From a virus (lineage: Duplodnaviria > Caudoviricetes): a DNA stretch of 24,643 bases. The translations under genes and the position numbers were made by a program. How positions within the stretch are numbered: the first letter of the stretch is position 1; every line of letters starts with the position of its first letter. The stretch is from the IMG/VR virus record IMGVR_UViG_3300027790_000073. One strand, written 5' to 3'. The notes under the pieces are model-generated. The model did no database searches, was not told where the DNA came from, and was given only the letters and a program-made list of their open reading frames with translations. Positions 1 through 8,308 of the stretch are shown one piece after another.

Positions 1-2
1 AG

Positions 3-134
3 CCCGGCGACGAGTGGGAGCGGATCGTCGGCTACGCGCTCGGCGACAAGCCGCCGCGGTTGGAGGATCCCGACAACCTGCCTGAACACGCCCTCGCGGC
101 GCTCGGCTACAGCGACGACGAGGTGCCGTTCTGA
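3..134 (+). CDS. 3' end of upstream gene (partial), probably a phage replication protein (helicase or SSB-like); ends ...LGYSDDEVPF
   Basis: Open frame from 3 reads PGDEWERIVGYALGDKPPRLEDPDNLPEHALAALGYSDDEVPF*. Its TGA (132-134) overlaps the next ATG (TGATG). Identity is inferred. Confidence 0.75.
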   Translation, partial: PGDEWERIVGYALGDKPPRLEDPDNLPEHALAALGYSDDEVPF

Positions 135-2299
135 TGCAGGACGCGCCGCACCCATCGGATTCACCCCGTCGCAACGGCACGCTCGCTTCGCACGCATCGG
201 CCTGCGTGGCCGCGGGGCTATGCGCCCTGCCCGCGATCCGCCGCGGCGAGGAGAAGCGCGTCGCCCTGTCCTCGTGGAAGCCGTACCAGACGCGGCTGCC
301 GTCTGGCGACGAGTTGGGTTCGTGGTTCAACCCCGAGTCGTCCCCAACCGCGATGTGCCTCGTGTGCGGGGCGGTCTCGGGCCACCTGGAGATGATCGAC
401 TTCGACAACTGGGACGGCGGCGGCGGCGAGGCCTTCGAGGCGTGGCGTGAGGCGGTCGAGGCGGCGTCGCCGGGACTGCTCGAGCGGCTGGTCATAGAGA
501 CAACGCCGTCGGGTGGCAGGCACGTCGTCTACCGCTGCGAGACGCCCGTGTCGGGCAACACCAAGCTCGCCCAGCGTCGGATTGATGTCGATAGCGACGA
601 GCCGGTCGTCGTGGGCAGCAAGGAGTACGCGCCGAGGCGCGATGCGTCGGGCGCGTGGGTGGTCACGGTGACCATCATCGAGACGCGGGGCGAGGGCGGT
701 CTGTTCCTGTGCGACCCCTCGCCGGGCTACGAGGTCGTCCTGGGCGACCTGTGCGAGCCGCCGCTGATCACCGCCGACGAACGGGACGTGCTGCTCGGGT
801 GTGCCTCGGCGCTGGACGAAACGCCCCAGCCGGTGATCGGCGGTGGTCTCGCACCCTCCAACTCTTCGGCATTCCCGAATAGTTGCCCCTCCCGTCCCGG
901 CGACGACTTCAACGACCGGGGCGACCCGCGCGAGATCCTGCTCCGGCACGGGTGGGTGATGGTCCGTTCCGGGGAGTTGGGGGGGAACGAGCACTGGCGT
1001 CGGCCCGGCAAGTCGGCGGGCACGAGCGCGACGCTGAAGGACCGGGTCTTCTACGTCTTCAGCACCAACGCCGCGCCGTTCGAGGCACACAAGGGCTACT
1101 CGCCGTTCGCGGTCTACGCGCTGCTCGAGCACCACGGCGACTTCGCGGCCGCGGCGTCGGCGCTCGCGACGGAGGGCTACGGCTCGCGCGAGCACACGAC
1201 CGGCGTCGACCTCTCGGCGTTCATGACCGACACGCCGCCAGCGACCGGGCCGCTCGAGCCCTGCCCCGTGCCGGTGGGCGAGCTCGTCGCGGCGTACCCG
1301 CAGCTGCGCGAGCCCGTGATCCACGGCCTGCTCCGCGCCGGCGAGACCATGAACGTGATCGCCAGTCCCAAGACCGGCAAGAGCTGGCTCACGCTCGACC
1401 TGGCGATCGCTGTTGCCACCGGTCGGCCGTGGCTCGGGCGCTACCAGACCGAGGCCGGGCCGGTCCTGATCATCGACAACGAGCTGCACCGCGAGACCAG
1501 CGCCCACCGCCTGCCGAAGGTCGCCCAGGCCCGGGGTGTGGCGATGCGCGAGATCGCCGAGCGGATCTTCGTGGACAACCTGCGCGGGCGGCTCCAGGAC
1601 ATCTTCACGCTCGCGCCGTACTTCGAGGCCCTCGAGCCCGGGCGGTTCAAGGTCATCGTGCTCGACGCCTTCTACCGCTTTATGCCCGCCGGCGGAGACG
1701 AGAACGACAACGGCACGATGGCCAACATCTACAACCGCATCGATGCCTTCGCGGACCGCCTCGGCTGCTGTTTCGTGCTCATCCACCACTCGACCAAGGG
1801 CAGCCAGAGCGGCAAGAGCGTGACCGATGTCGGGGCCGGGGCGGGCGCACAGTCCCGGGCCACCGACACGCACCTCGTTCTGCGGCCGCACGAGGAAGAC
1901 GGCGTGGTCGTGCTCGACGCGGCCGTGCGGTCCTGGCCGCCCATCGACCCGACCTGCCTGCGCTGGGACTTCCCGGTGTGGTCGGTCGACGACACGCTCG
2001 ACCCAGCGTCGCTCAAGAACGAGCGGCCCGGTAAGAAGAAGGACGCCTCGCCCAAGGCGGACAAGCCCGCGGAGCCGTCGTGGGGCGTGGAGCGGTTCGT
2101 CGCCCGGTTCATCTCGGCCGAGCCGGTCGGCAAGGCCGAGATCCGCGAGGACGCCAAGGGCGAGCCCGGGCTGTCCTGGCGTCGCGTGGCAGACCTGCTG
2201 GACATCGCCGAGGGCGAGGGGCGGATCGAGCGCGTCCGCCTGCCGGGCCGGGGCGGGCGCTGGGGCTACGCACTGCCGGGCGGGGAGGCCTCGTCATGA
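134..2299 (+). CDS. Bifunctional primase-polymerase (Prim-Pol) fused to AAA_25/RepA-like helicase
   Basis: N-terminal Prim-Pol motifs (MIDFD, ETTPSGGRHVVYR, ETRGEGG). C-terminal Walker A ASPKTGKS, Walker B IVLDAF, and LIHHSTKG typical of RepA/AAA_25. Confidence 0.9.
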   Translation: MQDAPHPSDSPRRNGTLASHASACVAAGLCALPAIRRGEEKRVALSSWKPYQTRLPSGDELGSWFNPESSPTAMCLVCGAVSGHLEMIDFDNWDGGGGEAFEAWREAVEAASPGLLERLVIETTPSGGRHVVYRCETPVSGNTKLAQRRIDVDSDEPVVVGSKEYAPRRDASGAWVVTVTIIETRGEGGLFLCDPSPGYEVVLGDLCEPPLITADERDVLLGCASALDETPQPVIGGGLAPSNSSAFPNSCPSRPGDDFNDRGDPREILLRHGWVMVRSGELGGNEHWRRPGKSAGTSATLKDRVFYVFSTNAAPFEAHKGYSPFAVYALLEHHGDFAAAASALATEGYGSREHTTGVDLSAFMTDTPPATGPLEPCPVPVGELVAAYPQLREPVIHGLLRAGETMNVIASPKTGKSWLTLDLAIAVATGRPWLGRYQTEAGPVLIIDNELHRETSAHRLPKVAQARGVAMREIAERIFVDNLRGRLQDIFTLAPYFEALEPGRFKVIVLDAFYRFMPAGGDENDNGTMANIYNRIDAFADRLGCCFVLIHHSTKGSQSGKSVTDVGAGAGAQSRATDTHLVLRPHEEDGVVVLDAAVRSWPPIDPTCLRWDFPVWSVDDTLDPASLKNERPGKKKDASPKADKPAEPSWGVERFVARFISAEPVGKAEIREDAKGEPGLSWRRVADLLDIAEGEGRIERVRLPGRGGRWGYALPGGEASS

Positions 2300-2315
2300 C
2301 CCGTAGATCGCCCTT

Positions 2316-2488
2316 GAACTCGGAGCGCCTCGAACTCGGAGCGCACAGAGTTCACCCCCAAATCTGTGCGCGCTTCAAGTTGAACTCGAAGCGCGCGCAC
2401 CCCCCCATACCCCCCCGCGGGCGTGCGCTCACGCTTCGCCCGCGGGAACTCGAAGCGCGTGCGCGCTCTAAGTTCGCGCTCCGAGTTC
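2316..2488. repeat. Nested direct/inverted GAACTCGRAGCGC repeats around a C-tract core; candidate replication origin
   Basis: + strand copies at 2316-2328, 2332-2344, 2382-2394, 2446-2458. Inverted exact or variant copies at 2341-2353, 2368-2381, 2463-2475, 2476-2488. Core CCCCCCCATACCCCCCC at about 2400-2416. Lies directly after the primase-helicase. Confidence 0.7.
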
Positions 2489-2517
2489 GGGAGGGGCAGG
2501 GCCATGACGGGCGGTGT

Positions 2518-2760
2518 AGGTACTTCCCAGGGGGGGTGGCCAGCCGACGCCCGCGGGAACAGCCGCAATCCCCGACTGAGTTTGTTTCGCCTGTCCGGTC
2601 CGCCCCGCAAGCCCTCGCCTGTCCGGCCCCGGGTCTGCCCACGTCCGCCCGTGTCGCGCCCGGCGGCGGACCCCCGATCCAACCCCCGATCCCGCCAACC
2701 GGCCCCGCACGGGCGAACGTCGCCCGACGGTCCACCGGCCTGTTCACCCTGATCCCCAAC
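2518..2760 (+). other. Candidate cos/packaging-initiation region
   Basis: AGGTACTTCCC (2518) ... CGCGGG (2552) loosely resembles lambda cosQ GGGTCCTTTCC ... CGCGGG. Followed by direct repeats TCGCCTGTCCGG (2587, 2615) and CCCCCGATCC (2671, 2683). The terminase is GpA-type. Confidence 0.35.
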
Positions 2761-2783
2761 CCCGAAGCACGGAGGCTCCTGCC

Positions 2784-4139
2784 ATGAAGATCGAACTGCG
2801 TCCCCTCGCCGACATCACCCCGTACGAGAACAACCCCCGGATCAACGACGGCGCGGTCGATGCTGTTGCCGCGTCGCTGCGCGAGTTCGGGTTCCGCCAG
2901 CCGATCGTGGTGGACACCGAGGGCGTCATCGTCTGCGGCCACACCCGCTACAAGGCGGCGCTCAAGCTCGGGCTGGAGAAGGCCCCGGTGCATGTCGCCA
3001 AGGACCTGAGCCCGGCGCAGATCAAGGCGTACCGCATCGCCGACAACAAGAGCGGCGAGTTGGCCGAGTGGAACTTCGACCTCTTGCCCATCGAGCTCGG
3101 CGAGCTGCAGGCGATGGAGTTCGACCTCGCCGCGCTGGGCTTCGACGAGAAGGAGCTGACCAAGCTGCTCAACGCCGGCGGGAACGCGGGGCTGACCGAC
3201 CCCGACGAGGTGCCGTCGCCCCCCGATGAGGCGACCACGCGTCCGGGCGACCTGTGGATCCTCGGCAAGCACCGGCTGCTGTGCGGCGATAGCAGCAGCG
3301 CCACAGATCTTGACCGCCTGCTCGACGGCGAGGTGATCCACCTGGTCAACACCGACCCGCCGTACAACGTGAAGGTCGAGCCGCGGAGCAACAACGCCAT
3401 CGCGGCGGGTAACAGCTCGTTCAGCAAGCAGGCCGGGAAGCCGCAGACGCATCACCAAAAGCTCGACCTCGCTCGGCACCCGGAGAAGGCCAAGCCAACC
3501 GGCAGCAAGATGCGAGCGAAGGACCGGCCGCTGGCCAACGACTTCGTCACCGACGACGCCTTCGACGCGCTCCTGCTCGCGTGGTTCGGCAACGCGGCGC
3601 GGGTGCTCAAGCCGGGCGGGTCGTTCTACATCTGGGGCGGCTACGCGAACCTCGGCAACTACCCGGGGCCGCTTGAGGCGTGCGGGCTGTACTTCAGCCA
3701 GGGGATCGTGTGGGACAAGCAGCACCCGGTGCTGACCCGCAAGGACTTCATGGGCGCGTTCGAGATCTGCTTCTACGGCTGGAAGGAGGGCGCGGGTCAC
3801 AGCTTCTACGGCCCCAACAACGCCACCGACCTCTGGCACGTCAAGAAGGTCAACCCGCAGAGCATGGTTCATCTGACCGAGAAACCCGTCGAGCTCGCGG
3901 CCCGCGCGATCCAGTACTCGTCCAAGCCCGGCGAGAACGTGCTCGACCTCTTCGGCGGCTCGGGCTCGACGATGATCGCCTGCGAGCAGCAAGGCCGGCG
4001 CGGGTTTCTGATGGAACTCGACCCGCTGTACTGCGATGTAATCGTGCAGCGGTGGGAGGCGTTCACGGGGAAGAAAGCCGAGCGGGTTCCGGCGAACCCT
4101 GTGGCCGAAGAGAAAGCCCCGGCGACGGCCGAGGCGTGA
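2784..4139 (+). CDS. ParB/Srx N-terminal domain fused to N6/N4 DNA methyltransferase (beta-class)
   Basis: ParB-like PYENNPR...FGFRQPIVVD...GHTR. Catalytic DPPY precedes HLTEKP and the SAM motif LDLFGGSGST. GGAGG RBS upstream. Confidence 0.93.
   Translation: MKIELRPLADITPYENNPRINDGAVDAVAASLREFGFRQPIVVDTEGVIVCGHTRYKAALKLGLEKAPVHVAKDLSPAQIKAYRIADNKSGELAEWNFDLLPIELGELQAMEFDLAALGFDEKELTKLLNAGGNAGLTDPDEVPSPPDEATTRPGDLWILGKHRLLCGDSSSATDLDRLLDGEVIHLVNTDPPYNVKVEPRSNNAIAAGNSSFSKQAGKPQTHHQKLDLARHPEKAKPTGSKMRAKDRPLANDFVTDDAFDALLLAWFGNAARVLKPGGSFYIWGGYANLGNYPGPLEACGLYFSQGIVWDKQHPVLTRKDFMGAFEICFYGWKEGAGHSFYGPNNATDLWHVKKVNPQSMVHLTEKPVELAARAIQYSSKPGENVLDLFGGSGSTMIACEQQGRRGFLMELDPLYCDVIVQRWEAFTGKKAERVPANPVAEEKAPATAEA
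4108..4135 (-). terminator. Rho-independent terminator for the minus-strand small-gene operon
   Basis: Minus strand reads GCCTCGGC-CGTC-GCCGGGGC-TTTCTCTT. The 8-bp stem pairs fully only on the minus strand (one G-U). It lies just past the stop of 4160-4522. Confidence 0.65.
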
Positions 4140-4159
4140 GGGAGGGGGACGCGATGCGG

Positions 4160-4522
4160 TCAGTCGCTCGGGCCCTTCTCTCGGAGGGCGTGGTACTCGG
4201 TCATTCCGTCGAGATGGACATCGGTCGTCGCCGGGAAGTTCCGCCGGCGTTCGGTGGTGACGATGCCGCGCTCGAGCAGGAACGCCAGCGCCGTCGCGGC
4301 CTGGGTGATCGGGATCTGCGCGGCGGCGGCGAGCGTCTCGACGGTGTCGCCTTCGCCGTGTTCGTCGAAGCGCCAGCAGACGCGCTTGAAGGCCCACATC
4401 GTGCATCGGTGCTCGTAGGGCGAGCCGACCCTGGGTATGACGCTGCGCACCAGGCTGCCGTCGGTGTCGACGCGGAACGACTCGGTGCGGTGGGGCCGGG
4501 GCTCTTGGTCGGGCCGGTACAT
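4160..4522 (-). CDS. Hypothetical protein, possible C-terminal winged helix
   Basis: 120 aa ORF abutting the upstream gene's stop. TVETLAAAAQIPITQAATALAFLLERGIV has a wHTH-like pattern. Confidence 0.75.
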   Translation of the reverse strand: MYRPDQEPRPHRTESFRVDTDGSLVRSVIPRVGSPYEHRCTMWAFKRVCWRFDEHGEGDTVETLAAAAQIPITQAATALAFLLERGIVTTERRRNFPATTDVHLDGMTEYHALREKGPSD

Positions 4523-5038
4523 TCAGCGGCCCCCCTTCGGCTCGGCGGCGACGAACAGGCCGCGGTCGGTCTTCTTGAAGCGGGCCGCGTCGCCCTTCTT
4601 GGAGATCTCTCGGATGATCGCGGCATAGAGCGTGGCGTGCGGCGTCTTGCCGCTGGTGGTCCAGCCCGCCGCGATCGCCCGCTCGGCGATGGCCTTAGCC
4701 GCCAGCGGCTCGCCCGCTTCGGCGAGGACCTTCGCGGCGCGGTCGAGCCCGCTCGGCTTGAGATCCGTCGCGGGCTTCTTCGGGCGCGGCTGCTTGGGGG
4801 CTTTGCCCTTCGCGTACGCCTCCAGGTTCGCATCGTTGGCGATCTCCTTCGGGCTGGGCACCTCGTGGTCTTGCGGGGCGGTCTTGGCCTGCCGGGCTCG
4901 CTTGGTCTTCGCCGCGCCATCAGCCCGGGCGGCGCTCGCGGACATGCGGGGGGTCTTCTTGGCCGGGGCCTTCTTCGCAGCCGTCTTGCTGCTGGCCTTC
5001 TTGGTGGTCGTCTTCTTGGTGGTGGTCTTCTTCGTCAT
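4523..5038 (-). CDS. HARE-HTH (HB1/ASXL-type) winged-helix protein with Lys/Ala/Thr-rich histone H1-like N-terminus
   Basis: C-terminal [20 protein letters not shown]...[10 protein letters not shown] matches the HARE-HTH pattern. N-terminus is [37 protein letters not shown] at 5046-5051. Confidence 0.82.
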   Translation of the reverse strand: MTKKTTTKKTTTKKASSKTAAKKAPAKKTPRMSASAARADGAAKTKRARQAKTAPQDHEVPSPKEIANDANLEAYAKGKAPKQPRPKKPATDLKPSGLDRAAKVLAEAGEPLAAKAIAERAIAAGWTTSGKTPHATLYAAIIREISKKGDAARFKKTDRGLFVAAEPKGGR

Positions 5039-5059
5039 GTCGGTACTCCTTCGTGTTCC

Positions 5060-5091
5060 AAAAACAGCGAAGCCCGCAACGAGCGGGCTTC
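5060..5091 (-). terminator. Intra-operon hairpin/terminator between the DUF6900 and HARE-HTH genes
   Basis: Perfect 9-bp stem GAAGCCCGC (5069-5077) / GCGGGCTTC (5083-5091), followed on the minus strand by GCTGTTTTT. Confidence 0.5.
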
Positions 5092-5314
5092 AGAGGGGTC
5101 GGATCTCAATGTCCCGGTTGCAGGCCGGGCATGTGGTTCGTGTTGCCGGGGCTGCTTTGCGGCCCGCCTCGTACGCCCGCTCGAGCGCTTCCTTGATCGA
5201 CCAGACCGAGAGGTCGTGGAAGTCGAGGCTGTCCATGTTGCGGGCCTCGAGGGTTTCGAGGCCGAGCACCTCGCGGGCAATGCGGTTGATGGCGGTGTCG
5301 CGTGCTTTGCTCAT
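5090..5314 (-). CDS. DUF6900-family small phage protein
   Basis: IAREVLGLETLEARNMDSLDFHDLSVWSIKEALERAYEAG matches the DUF6900 pattern as I recall it. C-terminal CPAC. GAAGGAG RBS. Confidence 0.85.
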   Translation of the reverse strand: MSKARDTAINRIAREVLGLETLEARNMDSLDFHDLSVWSIKEALERAYEAGRKAAPATRTTCPACNRDIEIRPL

Positions 5315-5344
5315 GGTCGTCTGCTCCTTCGGGGTGCGGTGCGT

Positions 5345-5602
5345 TTAGTTGGCGTCGGCGTCGTCCGCCTCGGCCAGGAAGTCCTCGATGCGCTCGCGCT
5401 CCATCCCGCTCATGCTCATCACCAGCTCGATCATCCCCTCGCGGATGCGGCCGAGGTCGCCCGGGTAGCCCCAGTGCTTCTCGGCGAGCGCGGCCCGCTT
5501 GGCGTGGGCGTCGAGCTCCATCTGCAGGACGTCAATCAGGCGGGCGATGTCGCTGCGGCGCTTTGCGTAGGCCTGGCTGGCGGTTTCGTTCGTGGTCGTC
5601 AT
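5345..5602 (-). CDS. Small helical hypothetical phage protein (85 aa)
   Basis: ATG at 5602 with a GAAGGAG RBS is preferred over the 5743 start. Contains HWGYPGDLGRI. Confidence 0.8.
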   Translation of the reverse strand: MTTTNETASQAYAKRRSDIARLIDVLQMELDAHAKRAALAEKHWGYPGDLGRIREGMIELVMSMSGMERERIEDFLAEADDADAN

Positions 5603-5760
5603 GGCGTGGTCTCCTTCGGGTGGTCTATGCCGCGGGGATCCGCCCCGCGTGTGACACATGAAGCCATGACATCCGGCCAAAGGGAAGGCGTTTTGGCCTG
5701 CATTTGCAGATGTTTTCGAGATTCTGCGGCGATGTGGCGGCAAGGTCCGGGAGGTGCGCG

Positions 5761-6000
5761 ATGACTCCCGAACACGCGCCTAGCGACGCCGGGCCGCAGC
5801 GCCTCAACCCGGCCGCGATGTCCCCGGCCGACGCGGCCCGGGTACTCACCCGCGTGGGCGGAAGCCCCGTCACCGAAGACATGCTCCGGCGGGACATCGA
5901 CGCCGGCGCGCCGACCAACGCGGACGGAAGCATCAACCTCGTGCAGTACGCCGCGTGGCTCGTGCAGCAGATGAGCGCCGGGGGTGGTCGTGGCGAGTGA
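5761..6000 (+). CDS. Small wHTH protein, putative terminase small subunit (Nu1-like DNA-binding domain)
   Basis: GGAGGT RBS then ATG at 5761. Overlaps the start of the large terminase. Helix-turn-helix-wing pattern ending NADGSINLVQYAAWL. Confidence 0.7.
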   Translation: MTPEHAPSDAGPQRLNPAAMSPADAARVLTRVGGSPVTEDMLRRDIDAGAPTNADGSINLVQYAAWLVQQMSAGGGRGE

Positions 6001-8290
6001 TTCGAACCAGCCTGTCCAGCCGAGGATCGACCCGCGCTCGCTCAAGCCGTCGGAGACGTGCCGGCTGCTGAACTCGACCCCGCTGGGCGAGGTGATCAAC
6101 GAGCGGCAGCTGCACCGCCACCGCACGCGGGCGGGTTTTCGGATTGGGGACGGCAAGACCGTCGACCTGTTTCGATACACCGCCTGGCTGGTGGCGACGC
6201 GGCACGAGCCGAAGCCAGAGCCATCGGAGCATGAACTCTCGGGCTACGACGCGGTGCGCGAGCGGGCCCGCGAGAGGAACAAAGCCCTCTCGCTCTCGGG
6301 CCGGAACATCGGCGAGCTTCCGCCGGTCGGCAACCCCGAGCGCAAGCGACGCTGCACCGAGTCGTTCAAAGCCTTCTGCGACACCTACTTTCCCCAGACC
6401 TTCCACCTGCCGTGGTCGGACGATCACCTCAAGGTGATCGCCAAACTGGAGACGGCGGTGCTCGAGGGCGGCCTGTTCGCGATGGCCATGCCGCGCGGCA
6501 GCGGGAAGACCACGCTCTGCGAGACCGCCTGCCTCTGGGCCATCCTGATCGGGGCCCGGCCGTTCGTGTGTCTGATCGGCTCGGACGAGGAGCACGCGGC
6601 CTCGATGCTGGAGAGCATCAAGAGCGAACTGGAGAACAACGACCTGCTGGCCGACGACTTCCCGGAAGCGTGCTACCCGATCCGCAGCCTGGAAGGCATC
6701 CACCAGCGGGCTTCGGGCCAGCTCTACAGGGGCGAGCCGACGCACATCGGTTGGACCGCCAAGGAGATCGTGCTGCCGACCATTGAGGGCTCGGCGGCGT
6801 CGGGGGCCATCATCGCCGTTGCGGGGATCACCGGACGCATCCGGGGCATGAAACGAAAGCGTCCGGACGGCCAGAGCGTCCGCCCGTCGCTCGTGCTCAT
6901 CGATGACCCGCAGACCGACGAGTCGGCCCGGAGCCCCAGCCAGTGCGCAGCACGGGAGCGAGTGCTCGCCGGGGCCATCCTCGGCCTCGCCGGGCCGGGG
7001 CAGAAGATCGCGGGGCTGATGACGGTGACCGTCGTCCGCCCCGACGACCTGGCCGACCGGCTGCTCGACCGCGACAAGCATCCCCAGTGGCAGGGCGAGC
7101 GGACGAAGATGGTCTATGCCTTCCCGGCCGACGAGGCGCTGTGGGCCAGGTACGCCGAGATCCGGGCCGAGGGCTTGCGGGCCGACCGGGGTCTCTCGCA
7201 GGCGACGGCGTTCTACAAGCGGAACCGCAGGAAGATGGACGCCGGCGCATCGATCGCCTGGCCGGCGCGGTTCAACCACGACGAGCTCAGCGCCGTCCAG
7301 CACGCGATGAACCTCAAGCTCCAGGACGAGGCTGCGTTCTGGGCCGAGTACCAGAACGAGCCGCTGCCCGAAGTCGCGGCCGACGACGACCTGCTCACGC
7401 CCGAGCAGATCGCGGCCAAGACCAATGGCATGCCGCGGGGTGTTGTGCCCATCGGCTGCACACGTGCGACCGCGTTCATCGACGTGCAGGGCAAGCTGCT
7501 GTTCTGGCTCGTCGCGGGCTGGGAGGACGACTTCACCGGCTACGTGCTCGACTACGGCGCGTGGCCGGACCCAAAGCAGCAGTACTTCTCGCTGCGCGAC
7601 GCTCGGCGCACGCTGCTGGCCGAGTTCCCAAGGGCGGGCCAGGAGGGCGCGATCTACGCCGGGCTCGAGGCCCTGACCGGCGACCTGCTCGGCAAGGCGT
7701 GGCGGCGCGACGACGGGACAGACCTGCGCATCGAGCGCTGCCTGATCGATGCGAACTGGGGGCAGTCGTCGGACGTGGTGTACCAGTTCTGCCGCCAGTC
7801 GCCCCACGCCGGGATCGTCATGCCCAGCCACGGTCGGTACGTGGGCGCGAGCAGCATCCCCTTCAGCGACTACAAGCGCAAGCGCGGTGAGCGTGTCGGG
7901 CTCAACTGGCGCGTGCCACTGGTGACCGGCAAGCGGGCCGTGCGGCACGTGGTCTACGACACGAACTACTGGAAGAGCTTCACGCACGCGCGGCTCGCGG
8001 TCCCGATGGGCGACCCGGGCTGCCTGTCGCTCTTCGGCCGCGAGGCCTCACGGCACCGCCTGCTGGCCGACCACCTGACCAGCGAGTACCGGGTGAAGAC
8101 CGAGGGCCGCGGCCGGACGGTCGACGAGTGGAAGCTGCGGGTCGCGGGCCTCGACAACCACTGGCTCGACTGCCTGGTCGGCTCGGCGGTCGCGGCGTCC
8201 ATGCAGGGGTCGGTGCTGTTCGGGACGGATCACAAGCCCGTCAGCAAGCCTCGAATCAAACTCTCAGAGCTCCGCCGCGCATCAGTGTGA
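5990..8290 (+). CDS. Terminase large subunit (GpA-type ATPase plus endonuclease) with N-terminal wHTH extension
   Basis: Walker A MPRGSGKTT, Walker B LVLIDDPQTD, nuclease motifs AFIDVQ and DNHWLDC. Located upstream of the portal. Start is GTG 5990 or 5984. Confidence 0.92.
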   Translation: MASDSNQPVQPRIDPRSLKPSETCRLLNSTPLGEVINERQLHRHRTRAGFRIGDGKTVDLFRYTAWLVATRHEPKPEPSEHELSGYDAVRERARERNKALSLSGRNIGELPPVGNPERKRRCTESFKAFCDTYFPQTFHLPWSDDHLKVIAKLETAVLEGGLFAMAMPRGSGKTTLCETACLWAILIGARPFVCLIGSDEEHAASMLESIKSELENNDLLADDFPEACYPIRSLEGIHQRASGQLYRGEPTHIGWTAKEIVLPTIEGSAASGAIIAVAGITGRIRGMKRKRPDGQSVRPSLVLIDDPQTDESARSPSQCAARERVLAGAILGLAGPGQKIAGLMTVTVVRPDDLADRLLDRDKHPQWQGERTKMVYAFPADEALWARYAEIRAEGLRADRGLSQATAFYKRNRRKMDAGASIAWPARFNHDELSAVQHAMNLKLQDEAAFWAEYQNEPLPEVAADDDLLTPEQIAAKTNGMPRGVVPIGCTRATAFIDVQGKLLFWLVAGWEDDFTGYVLDYGAWPDPKQQYFSLRDARRTLLAEFPRAGQEGAIYAGLEALTGDLLGKAWRRDDGTDLRIERCLIDANWGQSSDVVYQFCRQSPHAGIVMPSHGRYVGASSIPFSDYKRKRGERVGLNWRVPLVTGKRAVRHVVYDTNYWKSFTHARLAVPMGDPGCLSLFGREASRHRLLADHLTSEYRVKTEGRGRTVDEWKLRVAGLDNHWLDCLVGSAVAASMQGSVLFGTDHKPVSKPRIKLSELRRASV

Positions 8291-8308
8291 ATGGGCTTCG
8301 AACCGGTC

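Noticed and set aside
2316-2488. Retron msr-msd or CRISPR mini-array reading of the palindromic region
   Set aside because: No reverse transcriptase or cas gene in the window, and the repeats are 13 bp, in both orientations and irregularly spaced.
2784-4139. Methyltransferase as part of a restriction-modification system
   Set aside because: No adjacent endonuclease. Orphan ParB-methylase fusions upstream of terminase are common in phages.
5629-5655. GGATCCGCCCCGCGTGTG resembles half of a type I-E CRISPR repeat (possible solitary repeat or RNA anti-CRISPR)
   Set aside because: Single copy with no spacers or cas genes. The pairing arm lies on the wrong side for a I-E repeat, so it is better explained as a leader hairpin.
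2352-7987. Long alternative ORFs (2352-4406 -, 3680-5764 +, 5933-7987 -)
   Set aside because: They are shadows of genes with clear motifs on the opposite strand. High GC suppresses stops and the translations have no recognisable motifs.
8291-8308. GGTTCGAAGCCC on the minus strand at the island edge resembles a tRNA T-loop or att remnant
   Set aside because: The flanks do not form the 5-bp T-stem or an acceptor stem, and I saw no second copy at the other island end.
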